This document shows positions 1 through 11,000 of a stretch of DNA of 64,000 nucleotides, one piece after another (position 1 is the stretch's first letter; every line of letters begins with the position of its first letter). This DNA comes from Marsupella aquatica (Eukaryota > Plantae > Marchantiophyta). Made by a program: the position numbers and the translations under genes. Location of the stretch: positions 10,855,660 through 10,919,659 of the forward strand of contig OZ316893.1 in the NCBI GenBank assembly GCA_973895155.1, written 5' to 3'. Under the pieces are notes generated by a model. The model had not been told where the DNA came from. It did not search any database and saw nothing but the letters and a program-made list of their open reading frames with translations.

Positions 1-729
1 AATTACACTCTGGATCATGATCTGCATGTGGCAGGGTTATAAGGTGTCAAGGTGAGAAGGACAGACCGAAAGGTAGGAACAGTTGCAACTAGCATCCGTA
101 ATTGGCTTGTTGTTTTAGGATCTCCGAATGAGTGTATCTTTCCTATTGCTAGGACAAAATCCTTGATCGATGAGTAATTGTTCATCAGGGATTAGTTTTG
201 AGGCTGTAGATTCTTATGGAAGTATGGCAGGTTATTCTTGCAATGATTTGTATTTCACCTGTAATATTTACGTCCTGTAGATCCAGACTTTTTTATACAA
301 GTGAAGACGTGCATAGAGTCAAGTGACTTTCTACGGAGTAATAAAATGGCCTTTTTTTTCAACTTAGGTTTTTATAATCAACTTTCTCCTTTGGAGGACC
401 TCAGATATCCGAATATGTCTTGAGAATTTTGCATGAATTCTGTATTTCCTAAAAGGTGAATTCGTCATTGGCTGATGGCTCTAGACCGGAACTCTAGATA
501 AAGACAAAACTGGAGATGACTAATAAGGACAAAACTGAAGAGACAACGGTTGATTTCGAACGAGTTGATTTTGACGGTTGATTTCGAACGAGTAACTTCG
601 TTCAAGTGCGCATCCACAAAAGAGCACACAATACCGTGGACACTGGCTTTTTGCTACAGCCTCAGCTACACTAAAATTCGTATGCAGAATTGAACGCGAC
701 GACACTTTTGAAAAATTCACCGAACGTCA

Positions 730-1015
730 AAGGTCCTGTTCTACGCGGACCTCACTAGGCTACTTCATATTTTGCTTTGCTTCTCTTTGAATCACAGTCC
801 TCTTCAACACGACTCGCGTGTAAAATGTTGCTATGGATCAGAGTCCTCTTCACACGACTCCGGTGTAAAATGTTGCTTTGGATCAGAGTCCTCTTTACAC
901 CACTCGCGTGTAAATGTAAAATATTGCTTTGGATCAGAGTCCTCTTCTACACTACTCGCGTATAAAATGTTGCTTTGGATCAGAGTACTCTTTTACACGA
1001 CTCGCGTTAAAATGT
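730..1015. repeat. Tandem array of ~40-46 bp units (TAAAATGTTGCTTTGGATCAGAGTCCTCTTCACACGACTCGCGTG), left subterminal region of a putative DNA transposon
   Basis: About 5 degenerate copies are visible. 731-800 is matched in reverse complement by 4700-4862. Confidence 0.85.
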
Positions 1016-1224
1016 TACTTACCTTTTGCACAGAGTTCCAACTTAGCCAAACAATTAAGAGAAGAATCCAAAGTAAAAAAAACGAGGTTAGTACTTCTAT
1101 GGAACCAGTTCGGATTAGGGAGTGAGGGTATGCACTGGGTTCAATGGGAAGGACCCTAAGTACACAACCCTACGAATAGCCCAACGGATTTATAGTATTG
1201 AAGCCATCTTGCCGAAGTGACTCA

Positions 1225-1590
1225 GCAAGGCTGCCAAAGGGTTGTATGACCTAACCTAAACTAACCTAAAATAACCTAACCTGCCCGCCAAAGGGATCTA
1301 TGAGCTTGGCGAGCAAGGCCGCCAAAAAGGTTGTATGAGCTTGGTGAGTAGACTAACCTAAACTGATATCAGTTACTGATAACTGAATAACCTAAACTGG
1401 CCGCCAAAGGGATCTATGAGCTTGGCGAGGAAGGCCGCCAAAGGGTTATATGAGCTTGGTGAGGAGATTAACCTAAACCTAACTGGCCGCCAAAGGGATC
1501 TATGAGCTTGGCCAGCAAGGCTGCCAAAGGGTTATATGAGCTTGGTGAGGAGATTAACCTAAACCGATATCAATGACTGATAACTGATAG
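1225..1590. repeat. Degenerate tandem repeats (GCCGCCAAAGGGATCTATGAGCTTGG... with TAACCTAAAC spacers)
   Basis: The motif recurs at about 1285, 1320, 1400, 1435, 1486 and 1520. Confidence 0.85.
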
Positions 1591-1912
1591 GGTTAACAAC
1601 CTCTGAATGGAGCCATGGCAAGGGCCGCTTCCCATTTGACAGATAGTAGCTTAAGTAAAGGGCCATTTTTCCTTTGTGCTTTTTGTGACCTTCGTGTCAT
1701 TGCATTGGTTACGCTTTTCACAGAGAGAGGACCTACTTCGTTGAGGAGGTGTTGGCTATTTTGACAAGCAAAGCTCAAGCTGGGATGAGCAACGTTGAAA
1801 TCAAGCAAACATTTCTGGGGATGTCGTTTGGAGGAAGTGTGTAAGTTCATCTTGACGGTAAGCGCGTGTACAATCGTGGCTGTCTGGTTTTGTCGAATCC
1901 TCTAAAGTAAGA

Positions 1913-4132
1913 ATGAAGCGCAAGGGAGGATCAAGCGGGGCTTCGGGATCAGTTAAGAAAGCCCGGTCAACACAATCAGGAAGGAAGCAGGTAGAGCGGG
2001 CAGCACAGAGTAGAGAGAGGGAGCTAGAATGTGATGATACCGAGGCGTGGGCTCCACCTACACTGGCGGATTTTCATCTGCAATTTCCAAGGATGGAAGA
2101 TGCTTCTTATCTCCCAATAATGGAGAATAGTAAGAACCCAGTATATATGTTGGGCTCAGGCTTGGAGAATTTTGTCAGGTTACCTTGGTTAGCAATTGAG
2201 GTACCTGATTCGGATTTGCTGAGATTTGTAGGGAGCTGGAACGCTGAAGACAGTTCCACTAGAATTTATGGAAGACGTTTTGAGTTGACGCCTCATGTAG
2301 TAGAGAAGGTGTTTGGGTTGCCGGTCGGTAAGAAGACAAAGGTGAGTTTTCGGATACAGAAACCTGATAACTTGTTTTCCTCGTTTCCTGGACCGTCGTC
2401 AAAGAATGGTTTCCATAGACAGACCTGCACCAACCCACACGTTGGTGAGTTAGTGGATTTTTTGAGAGTGACGTTGCATTTTACTTTAGCAAGGTCAGAG
2501 CAAGGGAGGGCTCAGGTCTGGATTGCAGAAAATCCAGATCCAACACGGGATTACAATGGGTACCTGCTCTTTCACTTAAGGAAGCACCTCGAGGAGGACC
2601 GCCAAATCGTGGGAGATGGTGACGTGTCTAAGTTGGCATATCACTTACAGTTGATATGCCGCTATGCTCATAGCCAGATCTTCAAACCGGTACTGTCATT
2701 GCAAGAACGGCAGCCAATAGATGTCCCAATACAAAGGGAGAGTTCTGCGGTGGTTCGCGGAGACCCAGGGGAGCAGATTCACCCTGAGTCTCCACCACTA
2801 GATCAAGAATACGAGGCGATGAAGGAAGACGAACAGGAATATCAAGAGAAGATTGAAGAGATCGAGCTAGGATTGTCATTGCGAGAACGAAATCCAATAG
2901 ATGTCCTGACAGAACTGGGGAGTCCTGCGGTCGTTCGCGGAGACCCAGGGGAGCAGATTCACCCTGAGTCACCACCACTAGGTCAAGAGTACGAAGCGAT
3001 GAAGGAAGACGAACAGGAAAATCAAGAGAAGATTGACGAGATCGAGCCAGGATTGTCATTGCGAGAACGGAACCCAAAACTTGTCCGGACAGAACTGGGG
3101 AATCCTGCGGTGGTTCACGGAGAGCCAGGGGAGCAGGTTCCCCCTGAGTCACCACCACTAAATCAAGAGCACGATGCGATGAAGGAAGCCGAACAGGAGA
3201 ATCAAGAGACGATTGAAGAAGTCGAGGCACAGACAAGGGAGAAAGAGAGAGACTTACTCAGAGGAGAGTGCACGTGGCCGGAGGAGATAAGGCAGCTTAG
3301 TGAGCGGCAATCCAAGCCATCTCAAAGCTTCGACACAATACGAAGGGAGGCTTGGAAGGAGATGCCGGTCGTACCAGGGCGATCGGAGTATGTTACGAAA
3401 TGCGCAAGAGAGTTCGGAGAGATGTCTTCCAATTTCTACCTGAAAACATTTGGGTCAGAGCGAGAGATGGGCTCTTTCATCAGAAAAGAGGTTATGGATG
3501 AAAGGATAACCTTGGAGCGGCTTCAGAAGGAGGAGCTACTTCGACGACTTAGGGAGAACGATTCGTACCAAAAGAAAGTCGAGGAGGAGTTGCGGATCAC
3601 GAGAAAAGTGCTGGAGACAGCAAGCCAGCAAGCCGAGATTTGTAAAGCCGAGAACTATCGGCTTATATATCAGTTTGATGAGGTACAAAAAGAGAACGAG
3701 GGGCTCAACCGCTTGCTCGACTCCAACAAGACGGCTTCTCAAGCGCAATCGGAGAAACTTACTCGGACTCAGTTGGAGTCGAAGGCAATAAGGGAGAACC
3801 TCAAGTCGCGCATGAGTGAGAGTAAGAAGTATGAAGAATTGAAGCGGCAACACGAGGGCATTTTGAAAGAGGTGGAGTCCAAATCGGTTGCAGATCTTGC
3901 GAAGCTGCAAACCAGGATGGATGTTGAACTGGAGAAGAAGGATGCCATGATCGACTCACTAAAGATTCAGACGGATAAAATGGAGTTTGATGTGCGTGAA
4001 TTGAACGAGGAGAAGGAAGGTCTAGTTGAGGAGCTGGGGGAATCTAAGCGGAAGAATGAGAAATTAAAGGCGAGGGCAGATAACCTAGCAGAGAAACTAA
4101 GAAGTGCATTGGCTAATGGAAGGAAGTTGTAG
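1913..4132 (+). CDS. Transposon-associated 739-aa protein: PMD (plant mobile domain)-like N-terminal region, 3x60-aa acidic repeat, C-terminal coiled coil
   Basis: Intronless intact ORF. FVGSWNAEDSSTRIYGRRFELTPHVVEKVFGLPVG resembles the PMD 'W..F....T..DV..ILGLP..G' motif. The C-terminus is E/K/L-rich and heptad-like. The ORF is embedded in repeat arrays. Confidence 0.65.
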   Translation: MKRKGGSSGASGSVKKARSTQSGRKQVERAAQSRERELECDDTEAWAPPTLADFHLQFPRMEDASYLPIMENSKNPVYMLGSGLENFVRLPWLAIEVPDSDLLRFVGSWNAEDSSTRIYGRRFELTPHVVEKVFGLPVGKKTKVSFRIQKPDNLFSSFPGPSSKNGFHRQTCTNPHVGELVDFLRVTLHFTLARSEQGRAQVWIAENPDPTRDYNGYLLFHLRKHLEEDRQIVGDGDVSKLAYHLQLICRYAHSQIFKPVLSLQERQPIDVPIQRESSAVVRGDPGEQIHPESPPLDQEYEAMKEDEQEYQEKIEEIELGLSLRERNPIDVLTELGSPAVVRGDPGEQIHPESPPLGQEYEAMKEDEQENQEKIDEIEPGLSLRERNPKLVRTELGNPAVVHGEPGEQVPPESPPLNQEHDAMKEAEQENQETIEEVEAQTREKERDLLRGECTWPEEIRQLSERQSKPSQSFDTIRREAWKEMPVVPGRSEYVTKCAREFGEMSSNFYLKTFGSEREMGSFIRKEVMDERITLERLQKEELLRRLRENDSYQKKVEEELRITRKVLETASQQAEICKAENYRLIYQFDEVQKENEGLNRLLDSNKTASQAQSEKLTRTQLESKAIRENLKSRMSESKKYEELKRQHEGILKEVESKSVADLAKLQTRMDVELEKKDAMIDSLKIQTDKMEFDVRELNEEKEGLVEELGESKRKNEKLKARADNLAEKLRSALANGRKL
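2687..3226 (+). repeat. Three in-frame 180-bp tandem repeats within the ORF
   Basis: CTGTCATTGC(A/G)AGAACG-type starts recur at about 2693, 2873 and 3053. Peptide unit LSL.ER.PIDV..E..SPAVV.G.PGEQ..PESPPL.QE..AMKE.EQE.QEKI. Confidence 0.95.
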
Positions 4133-4694
4133 GGGATTAAGATTGTCGAGCGAGATGAGGGCGGAGTTCGACTGGGCTCCGTGCTAGAGGGGCTGTGCTG
4201 AGCAGAGCTTCAAAGGGCGCGATGCGATGAGTTTTAACAAGGGAGGAGTGGGGGTAGCGAGATGAATTTTCTCTCTTATCCTGACTAATTTTGGTTATAT
4301 TAAGTGATTTATGATCAGGAATGTATGAGCAATGTAGACCATGCCTTTGAGCTGGTTTTTACTGAGCTTGGGCCAGTTGGAGATTTTGCTCCTTCTCTGT
4401 AGTGGGGCCTATGGGCGGAGTCAATTATGGAAAAATATGGTTTTTTTGCCTGACAAATTTTGGTTACGGAGCCATCGGAAGTTCAGCATGACATGATTTG
4501 TCATAAGAAAAACACTATACAAAACTAACCAAATTTGATTATTCACATTTGAAATAGGGCAAAGAAAAACACTTAGACTAACCAAGTACTTTTAGTTTTC
4601 CATTGTCTTACTGTGTTTTTCTTTGCCTGCTCAAACTGTATTCTACACAGGCCTGTAGAATGGAAAACTAAAAAGTACTTGGTTCGGGAGGAAT

Positions 4695-4865
4695 GGATCC
4701 AAAGAGAAGTACAAAATGTGAAGCAGCCTAGTAGGTCGCGTAGAACAGGACCCTGATCCAAAAAGCGAAGTAAAGCAAAATATGAAGCACCCTTGTGGGT
4801 CGCGTAGAACAGGACTCTGACCAAAAAGAGAAGTAATAACAGCAAAATATGAAGCAGCCTAACAT
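4695..4865. repeat. Inverted copy of the 730-800 repeat unit (2-3 units)
   Basis: GCAAAATATGAAGCA...GTCGCGTAGAACAGGAC is close to the reverse complement of GTCCTGTTCTACGCGGAC...CTTCATATTTTGC at 733-775. Confidence 0.8.
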
Positions 4866-4879
4866 TCTACATGAGAGTC

Positions 4880-6692
4880 CCCTAGAGAAGACAGAACTCA
4901 AGCTCAGTCGTTCAGCAAATTATGCGTTCCTGGCTAATATCCTACAAGACAATCGTGTCAACGAGAGAGAACCCAAGCTGATTTGTTCAGCAAAGATGGT
5001 AATCGATCGGAAAGATGGGAATCAGAAATCCATTCTACACGACCCTCGTGTGTAAATACCTTCGAATTTGGTCAAGGCGTCGGCTGTGATTCGGGCTAAT
5101 ACTCTACGTACAAGACAGTCGTGTCAACCAGAGAGAACTCAGCCTGATTCGTTCAGCAAGGATGGGAATCGGAAATCCATTCTACACGACCCTCATGTGT
5201 AAAATACCTGCGAATTTGGCGAAGGCGTCCGCTGTGATTCGGGCTAATATATATTGTACAAGACAGTCGTGTCAACGAGAGAGAACTCAGCCTGATTCGT
5301 TCAGCAAAGATGTGAATCGGAATGAAATACATGATTCTACACGACCCTCGTGTGTAAATACCTTCGAATTTGGTGAAGGCGTCGGCTGTGATTCGGACTA
5401 ATATTCTACAAGACACTACGTCGTGTCAACCAGAGAGAACTCAGCCTGATTCGTTCAGCAACGATGGGAATCGGAAATCAGCCTGAGTTCGGAGATGAGT
5501 CGTACGTTACAGCAGTATTAATATTACGCCCTTACGGAGCAGGACAAATGGAAGGAAAGAGAGAGAAACGGACAAACGGACAAACCTTCACTGGAGATCA
5601 AATTGAGTCCAACCATTCTTGGCAATGCGACTGCTCTAGCAAAATTTTAAAGACAGGCCTGGTGATTAAGCAAGAGGAAAGGATTGAGGCTGGACGCCAG
5701 GGGCGTATTGAGGGAGGAAGGATTGCAATCCGGTTGTAGGATGGAGAAGAAATAATTTGTGGACGAATCGTACTTCTCGTAGTTGGTTGGCAATAAAGGG
5801 AATTTTTTGGCCGGTGTTGACGGTGCATGTCGTGGGATGGAGAAGCGTTCGTCACCGTGCTTGGCATCGGCTCAGGTGTCTTTGGGTGGCGGTGGATCTC
5901 GGGCTGGAGTAGATCCACCTTGGGGGAGCCATAGTTCCGGCGGATTGAGGTGAAAAGCAAGGCGGGTTAAGGACCAAAAAATTAGTCTGTAACTTGTGTG
6001 ATGGTACTCTTTAATTGATTAATGCTACGTTGCATGGATCCTTGGGGCTTCAGGTCCTATTGCTATCCCTTTCACCCGCTACGAGTAGGTCGCGGGTTGG
6101 GTGCCCCGCGATCTTCTGTGAGGCCTGGGGCTTTCACAGAGTCGTTGTTCATTGTGTTCTAGGCTGTTGTTGGGTGGCCACTTTGTCAGTGTCTATTAAT
6201 TTCACAGTGTCTTTGTTGGGTTGTCTTCTGGGCTGTTGTTGTGGGCTCCACTTTGTCAGTATTCTTTCATCGGATTTTGGCCGCGATGTGGATGATGTGC
6301 TTTTCATGGCTTCGAGCTTGTGTGCCCGAGCCAAAGCCAATGATCCTTGACTGGGCCTCTTTGGTCTCCATGGAGTTTCTTCCCGCGCCCCCCCCCCCCC
6401 CAATTTATTGGGTTCTTTCGCCTTTTCGATCATTTCTCCCGGTTTGGCGTTGTGATATATAATGCGGAGGCCGAACCTAGCGGAACCCGACAGCCGACGA
6501 ACCCGATAGCTGTGATTCGGGCTAATATTTTACAAGAAAGTCGTGTCAACGAGAGAGAACTCAGGCTGATTCGTTCAGCAAAGATGTGAATCGGACATAC
6601 AGTCTACACGAATACCTTCGAATTTGGTGAAGGCGTCCGCTGTGATTCGGGCTAATATTTTACAAGACAGTCGTCAACGAGAGAGAACTCGG
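4880..6692. repeat. ~150-bp tandem repeat array (4880-5480, resuming 6505-6692) interrupted by ~1 kb of unrelated sequence
   Basis: GCTGTGATTCGGGCTAATAT...AAGACAGTCGTGTCAACGAGAGAGAACTCAGCCTGATTCGTTCAGCAA occurs at about 5082, 5231, 5385, 6509 and 6639. Confidence 0.9.
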
Positions 6693-8073
6693 ACAAATAG
6701 GGGCCGATGATGATAACCAAAGCCGACAGCTACAGTAAAGCCGATAGAGTGATAGACGGAGCCAGTGCGGAAGTCTAAGCCTACCCGAGGAAGATGGCCA
6801 ATGGCGGAGGAAGCTGAAGCCGGAACACCAAACCTATAGCCGATAATCTGTCAATTCTTTGGAATGCAGAGCAGCATATTTTTTTAAGGTTTTTACTCTT
6901 TTTTTCTCCAGAGGGCGAATGTCTACTCTGTGAGAGAAGATGCTCAAGATAAGTTTTTCTTTGATTGTCCTGTAATATTTTCCCTAAATTTAAGGATGAC
7001 AGTGAGATTCTGATTAATTAGTGAGGCCGGTGATTAGATGGGAGACTCGCTAACGAGAAAGAGAAAAACTAGCAAATTTTTGTCAAATGTGGTCCAAAAG
7101 CTTTTGGGGGAGGCGGAATTTGGTGAATTTTTGCCAGGGGAAAAACAACTGGTGCACATATTACTGGAATATAATAGGCTTACCACTGTCGTGAGTTAGG
7201 TGGTGCTGTGAACAATTCTTCTAGAGTTCTTTCAAGAACCAGTGCATTCTTAAGAGATAGTTATAAAATATATATAATATATAATATTAAGCAAGGATGG
7301 ATGAGGATTTTGCTTGGCCCATCCCACTGACTGTAAAAAAACCTATCAATTTACATGGGGGAAAACAAGATTGATTGCTTTGGGAAGGAAGTTTCACTTT
7401 TTGCTAAGGATGCCTACTGTAGTTTTTCACTGAACCCTCAGTTTTTCGTAAATTTGTGTATCTTATTTAGCTTTGGATATTTATTTAATCTCAAAATTTG
7501 CTTCCATGTTCTCTCATGTTTTATTTATGGTATCACAAATTTCAAGATTTTTTGAGATCATTTGCTCCATTTCCAAGAGTGTGAAAATCTTCAAATATTA
7601 TAAAGTAAATGTCAATGAGCGCCTCACTTTTGTGAAAGACACTGAGTAGTAGTTCATGCACAAACATGAAATTGCCCCTTTTGGGACTGACACGCACTTC
7701 AGTTTAGTGAAGGAAGCCCCAAATTAATGTGGACAAAGGAGCCACTTACCACTGGTGAATAAATAAAACTAGGTGCAAACAGGTCAAGAGCCCATTTAAA
7801 AGTCAGATTTCAATCAAAACCATACATGGCGCTACTGAAGTCTATTTAGATATCGTGTGCTAGTCTATCCAAGCTCTGAAAATCCATCTGGGCATCAGCA
7901 AGCTTTTGATGCCCTTTGTTTTATTTCATATTTGTTAGTTCTTATCTGGCAATCAAAACTTGCCTGACTAGAAGGATTGTTGCATGTAGGATTTTAGCTC
8001 CTCGGAGGAAGGATAATAGACTATATGCCCCAAATTTCAGTGCAGTTCTTGAAGGCCCACAATAGATGCTTAG

Positions 8074-11000
8074 TCACCTTTGAGATGAAGGGGCACACGC
8101 TGCTTGCACTGCTAAACTCTTTGTTTTGTGGGGGCATGGATCTTCCCCTGCCAGAGTCTCGTTCACAGATAAGGAGCATAATTGGCGTCCTTGGCAAGCC
8201 TACACATCAAACAAATGCATTCAGTTGTTACTTCCATTAGTTCACCTCCAACGCTCAAAAAGTACGAATTCAAAGCTTAGGCTCCCATTGAGGGAATAGA
8301 CAATATGACAGGAATAGACAATATGACAGGAATGTTAACGAAATAAGTGTTACTCTTCTACAGCGTCAATAGACTAAAGAGCTCGTTCCTCTCACCTCTT
8401 GGACTTTCTCTATCGACCTTGGAGCATGACATTCCCCTGTAGCAAAATGGCCACATCTGCCAGACGGATTTCCAAAGCTCGCAAATTCTATCATTGCAAT
8501 GTGATAACCAGCACCACAGTCGAGATGGAGCTGAGGAAAAGTAGGTCCCGGAGAAGTCCGGTCTTGCATAGAACGAGGGGAATACTCCGAAATGTTGGAA
8601 CAGACAGAGCGAATCACTTGTGTCGAAATGGAGACTTCTGAGACATTACCCCCTGTTTCCTCAAACAGAACGAGAACGTTCCCTGTGGAATTGAGCCACT
8701 CTCTGGGAACATGGTACCTGATAGCCACGGAAAATCCAATGGAAATTAGTCCTCGGCATAAGAGACGAAGGACAGAATCAAATTGCATACCTGATCTCCA
8801 GAACTAAAACCTCTCGAGACGTTTTCTCGTATAGTGCCTCCAAAGAGTGTATCTACAGTGGAAAATAAGCTCTTCCGCGTCAAGCCTCCAAGTTAATGAA
8901 TTCAGTGACAAGTTTGATCAGGCATCAGATTCCAGTTCTACAGCATTGGTTATATTTTGTGATATCTCTACTATTTAACTTTAGGGTATTGGCTTGTATC
9001 ATTGTGGTTTGGGAAATTATTAATTGTAGAAATGGGTTTTCGTCTTGGCCATCTCAGATCCCTGCTGAACACGTTTACTCACTCTTTGCGCCTAATTACG
9101 TCCGGACACAGATAATAGAGAACTGTACCAGCGCTGTGACGGTAGCCCGCATTCGGTCACGCACTTTTGTTCTGTGTATGTACCACGGTAATCGCATTCC
9201 TCATCGCATCCATAACGTGCATTATACATCATCCAGTACCTCCCCAAATGGTGTCCATTTATCCAGGCAGCTCCCTTTCCCATGCTGACCATGTCCAACA
9301 CCACTGGACTGTCACCTTCTGGAGCGTCCAGCAATGTCTACATTTGCACCAAAACAAGAATTCCAAGTTAGATCCCTGCTACTAGAGAAATCAATGATTA
9401 TCTAGGAAAGCTACGCACTTCAGCTTAACGTTCAACGTCCAAATATTAATGGATTGACTTTGATTATGTTACAATGTCACGAACTCGTGAGCAGTTCAAG
9501 GCTTATTACTTTGTACCACACGAGTGGTTCATATGCTGGAGGCGGATCTGAAGACCAGCTTAGCCCAGGCCAAACGCCAACATCATAATCAGATGCAAGA
9601 TCTACGTCCTCTCCCCACAGTCCAACCTGAATCAAGCAAATGAGCATGAGCCTGGCTAATATGGGCACCTTAATCACCACGGTCTATTACGAACATGTGG
9701 TAGCTCTCCAAAGAATATAATTGCAAACATTCGTCAGATTACATCCCACAAGAAAGACATTTTAAGAGTTGAAAATGTACTCCTAGCTAAGGAAGGAACT
9801 CGAGTGAAGAAGAAGGAATGAGCGAAAAAAATTAGATTTCTCATGGCGGACAAACTCTTGAATTCCTCTGAATACTACTCAGTCTCTAAGAAGATGCAAA
9901 GCGGTGAAAAGGAATGTCCCACTTGAAGCCCACTAGCTCTGGTCCAGTGGCACCTAAGCTAACAATTAAATGCGAAGGATAATAAATTTGCAGCACGAGA
10001 TGAGAAAGTAAGCAGGGCTCTTCAGGCTCCCCTACATCCAGCAATGAAAGCGTATCCGGCAGAACGAACGTCATCTCAACATTGGTAGTGACTCGATCGA
10101 CAAGATATAATTAGAAGATAGTGTTAAACGCAGAAGCCTGGACTGACCGAGAGTCGTCACCTCGTGAGTCCACTGGAATGCTGTGAGGTCTATCCTCCCG
10201 ATATTAAAAACTCCAGACAAAGTAATAGAGCCGCTCAGACCTCCAACTTCCCTCTCGTAGAAAGGCCCTGCATATGACAGGCCTGTTGTGGCTGATAACA
10301 AAGCAAGGGAGTTGTTGCCCGGCTGTAGAACCAGCGGGTGTTCAAAATGGTTTCCTTTCCAGACTGGATATCCTCCTGCAACCATGAAAGAATGCATTCA
10401 ATCAGTATGTAATGTGATACAGCAGCCAGACTACGAATTTCAGTGTGTCGAATCTGACTCTTGAAGTACTTGGTCCAGCTATGTTGTCCCAAGACCTAAT
10501 TCGAGCTGGCCAGCTTTCTCATTAGTTTAATATGAGTTCAAGCCTTGGCGAACATGTAACCAACGTTGCAACCTAACAGAATTTAGAGAGCGTCGTACAG
10601 AACCCACGGTGCTTGGACGACAGAAAACGAATGCAAAAGCAGATACTAGGGAGCTTGCCTGCAGGTTTTCCATTTACAAAGACATACACAATGTTCTTGA
10701 CAGTCTCGACAGTCAGAGAAGCTGGCTGTGCGGTTTCTGGTGCTGCCTGGTTGAGGTCCGATGAGTTCGAAAACTGTGGAACATTCACTCTGCGCAACAG
10801 CCTAATGTAATGAACGTCCAAAACAAATAGGTTGTTGAGATGAATGTATGATTCACATTCAACCAAATTATGACGAATGTACTCTGTCTTCTTCTAAGTC
10901 CAGTAGGGCCGCCCTAGAGTATGACAACACAGAAGCCACAGAATTCACTTGGGCTCAAGTTGGTTACTCCGGTGCTTGTAGAGAATCATAGATAATGCAG

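Noticed and set aside
1-520. Possible decayed transposase on the minus strand
   Set aside because: Stop-interrupted, truncated by the window edge, and no diagnostic motif.
772-1125. Short ORFs with repeated peptides (CCFGSESS / MLLWIRVLF) and a CRISPR-like look
   Set aside because: These are translations of a head-to-tail tandem repeat. There are no unique spacers and no cas genes, and the context is eukaryotic.
1248-1282. CCTAA-rich tract as an interstitial telomere
   Set aside because: Irregular, short, not (CCCTAAA)n, and part of the local TE repeat unit.
2682-3910. Antisense ORFs of 184 and 124 aa
   Set aside because: Shadows of the 739-aa ORF and its repeats.
4880-5480. Repeat array as CRISPR or coding sequence
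   Set aside because: The whole 150-bp unit repeats with indels and has no spacer structure.
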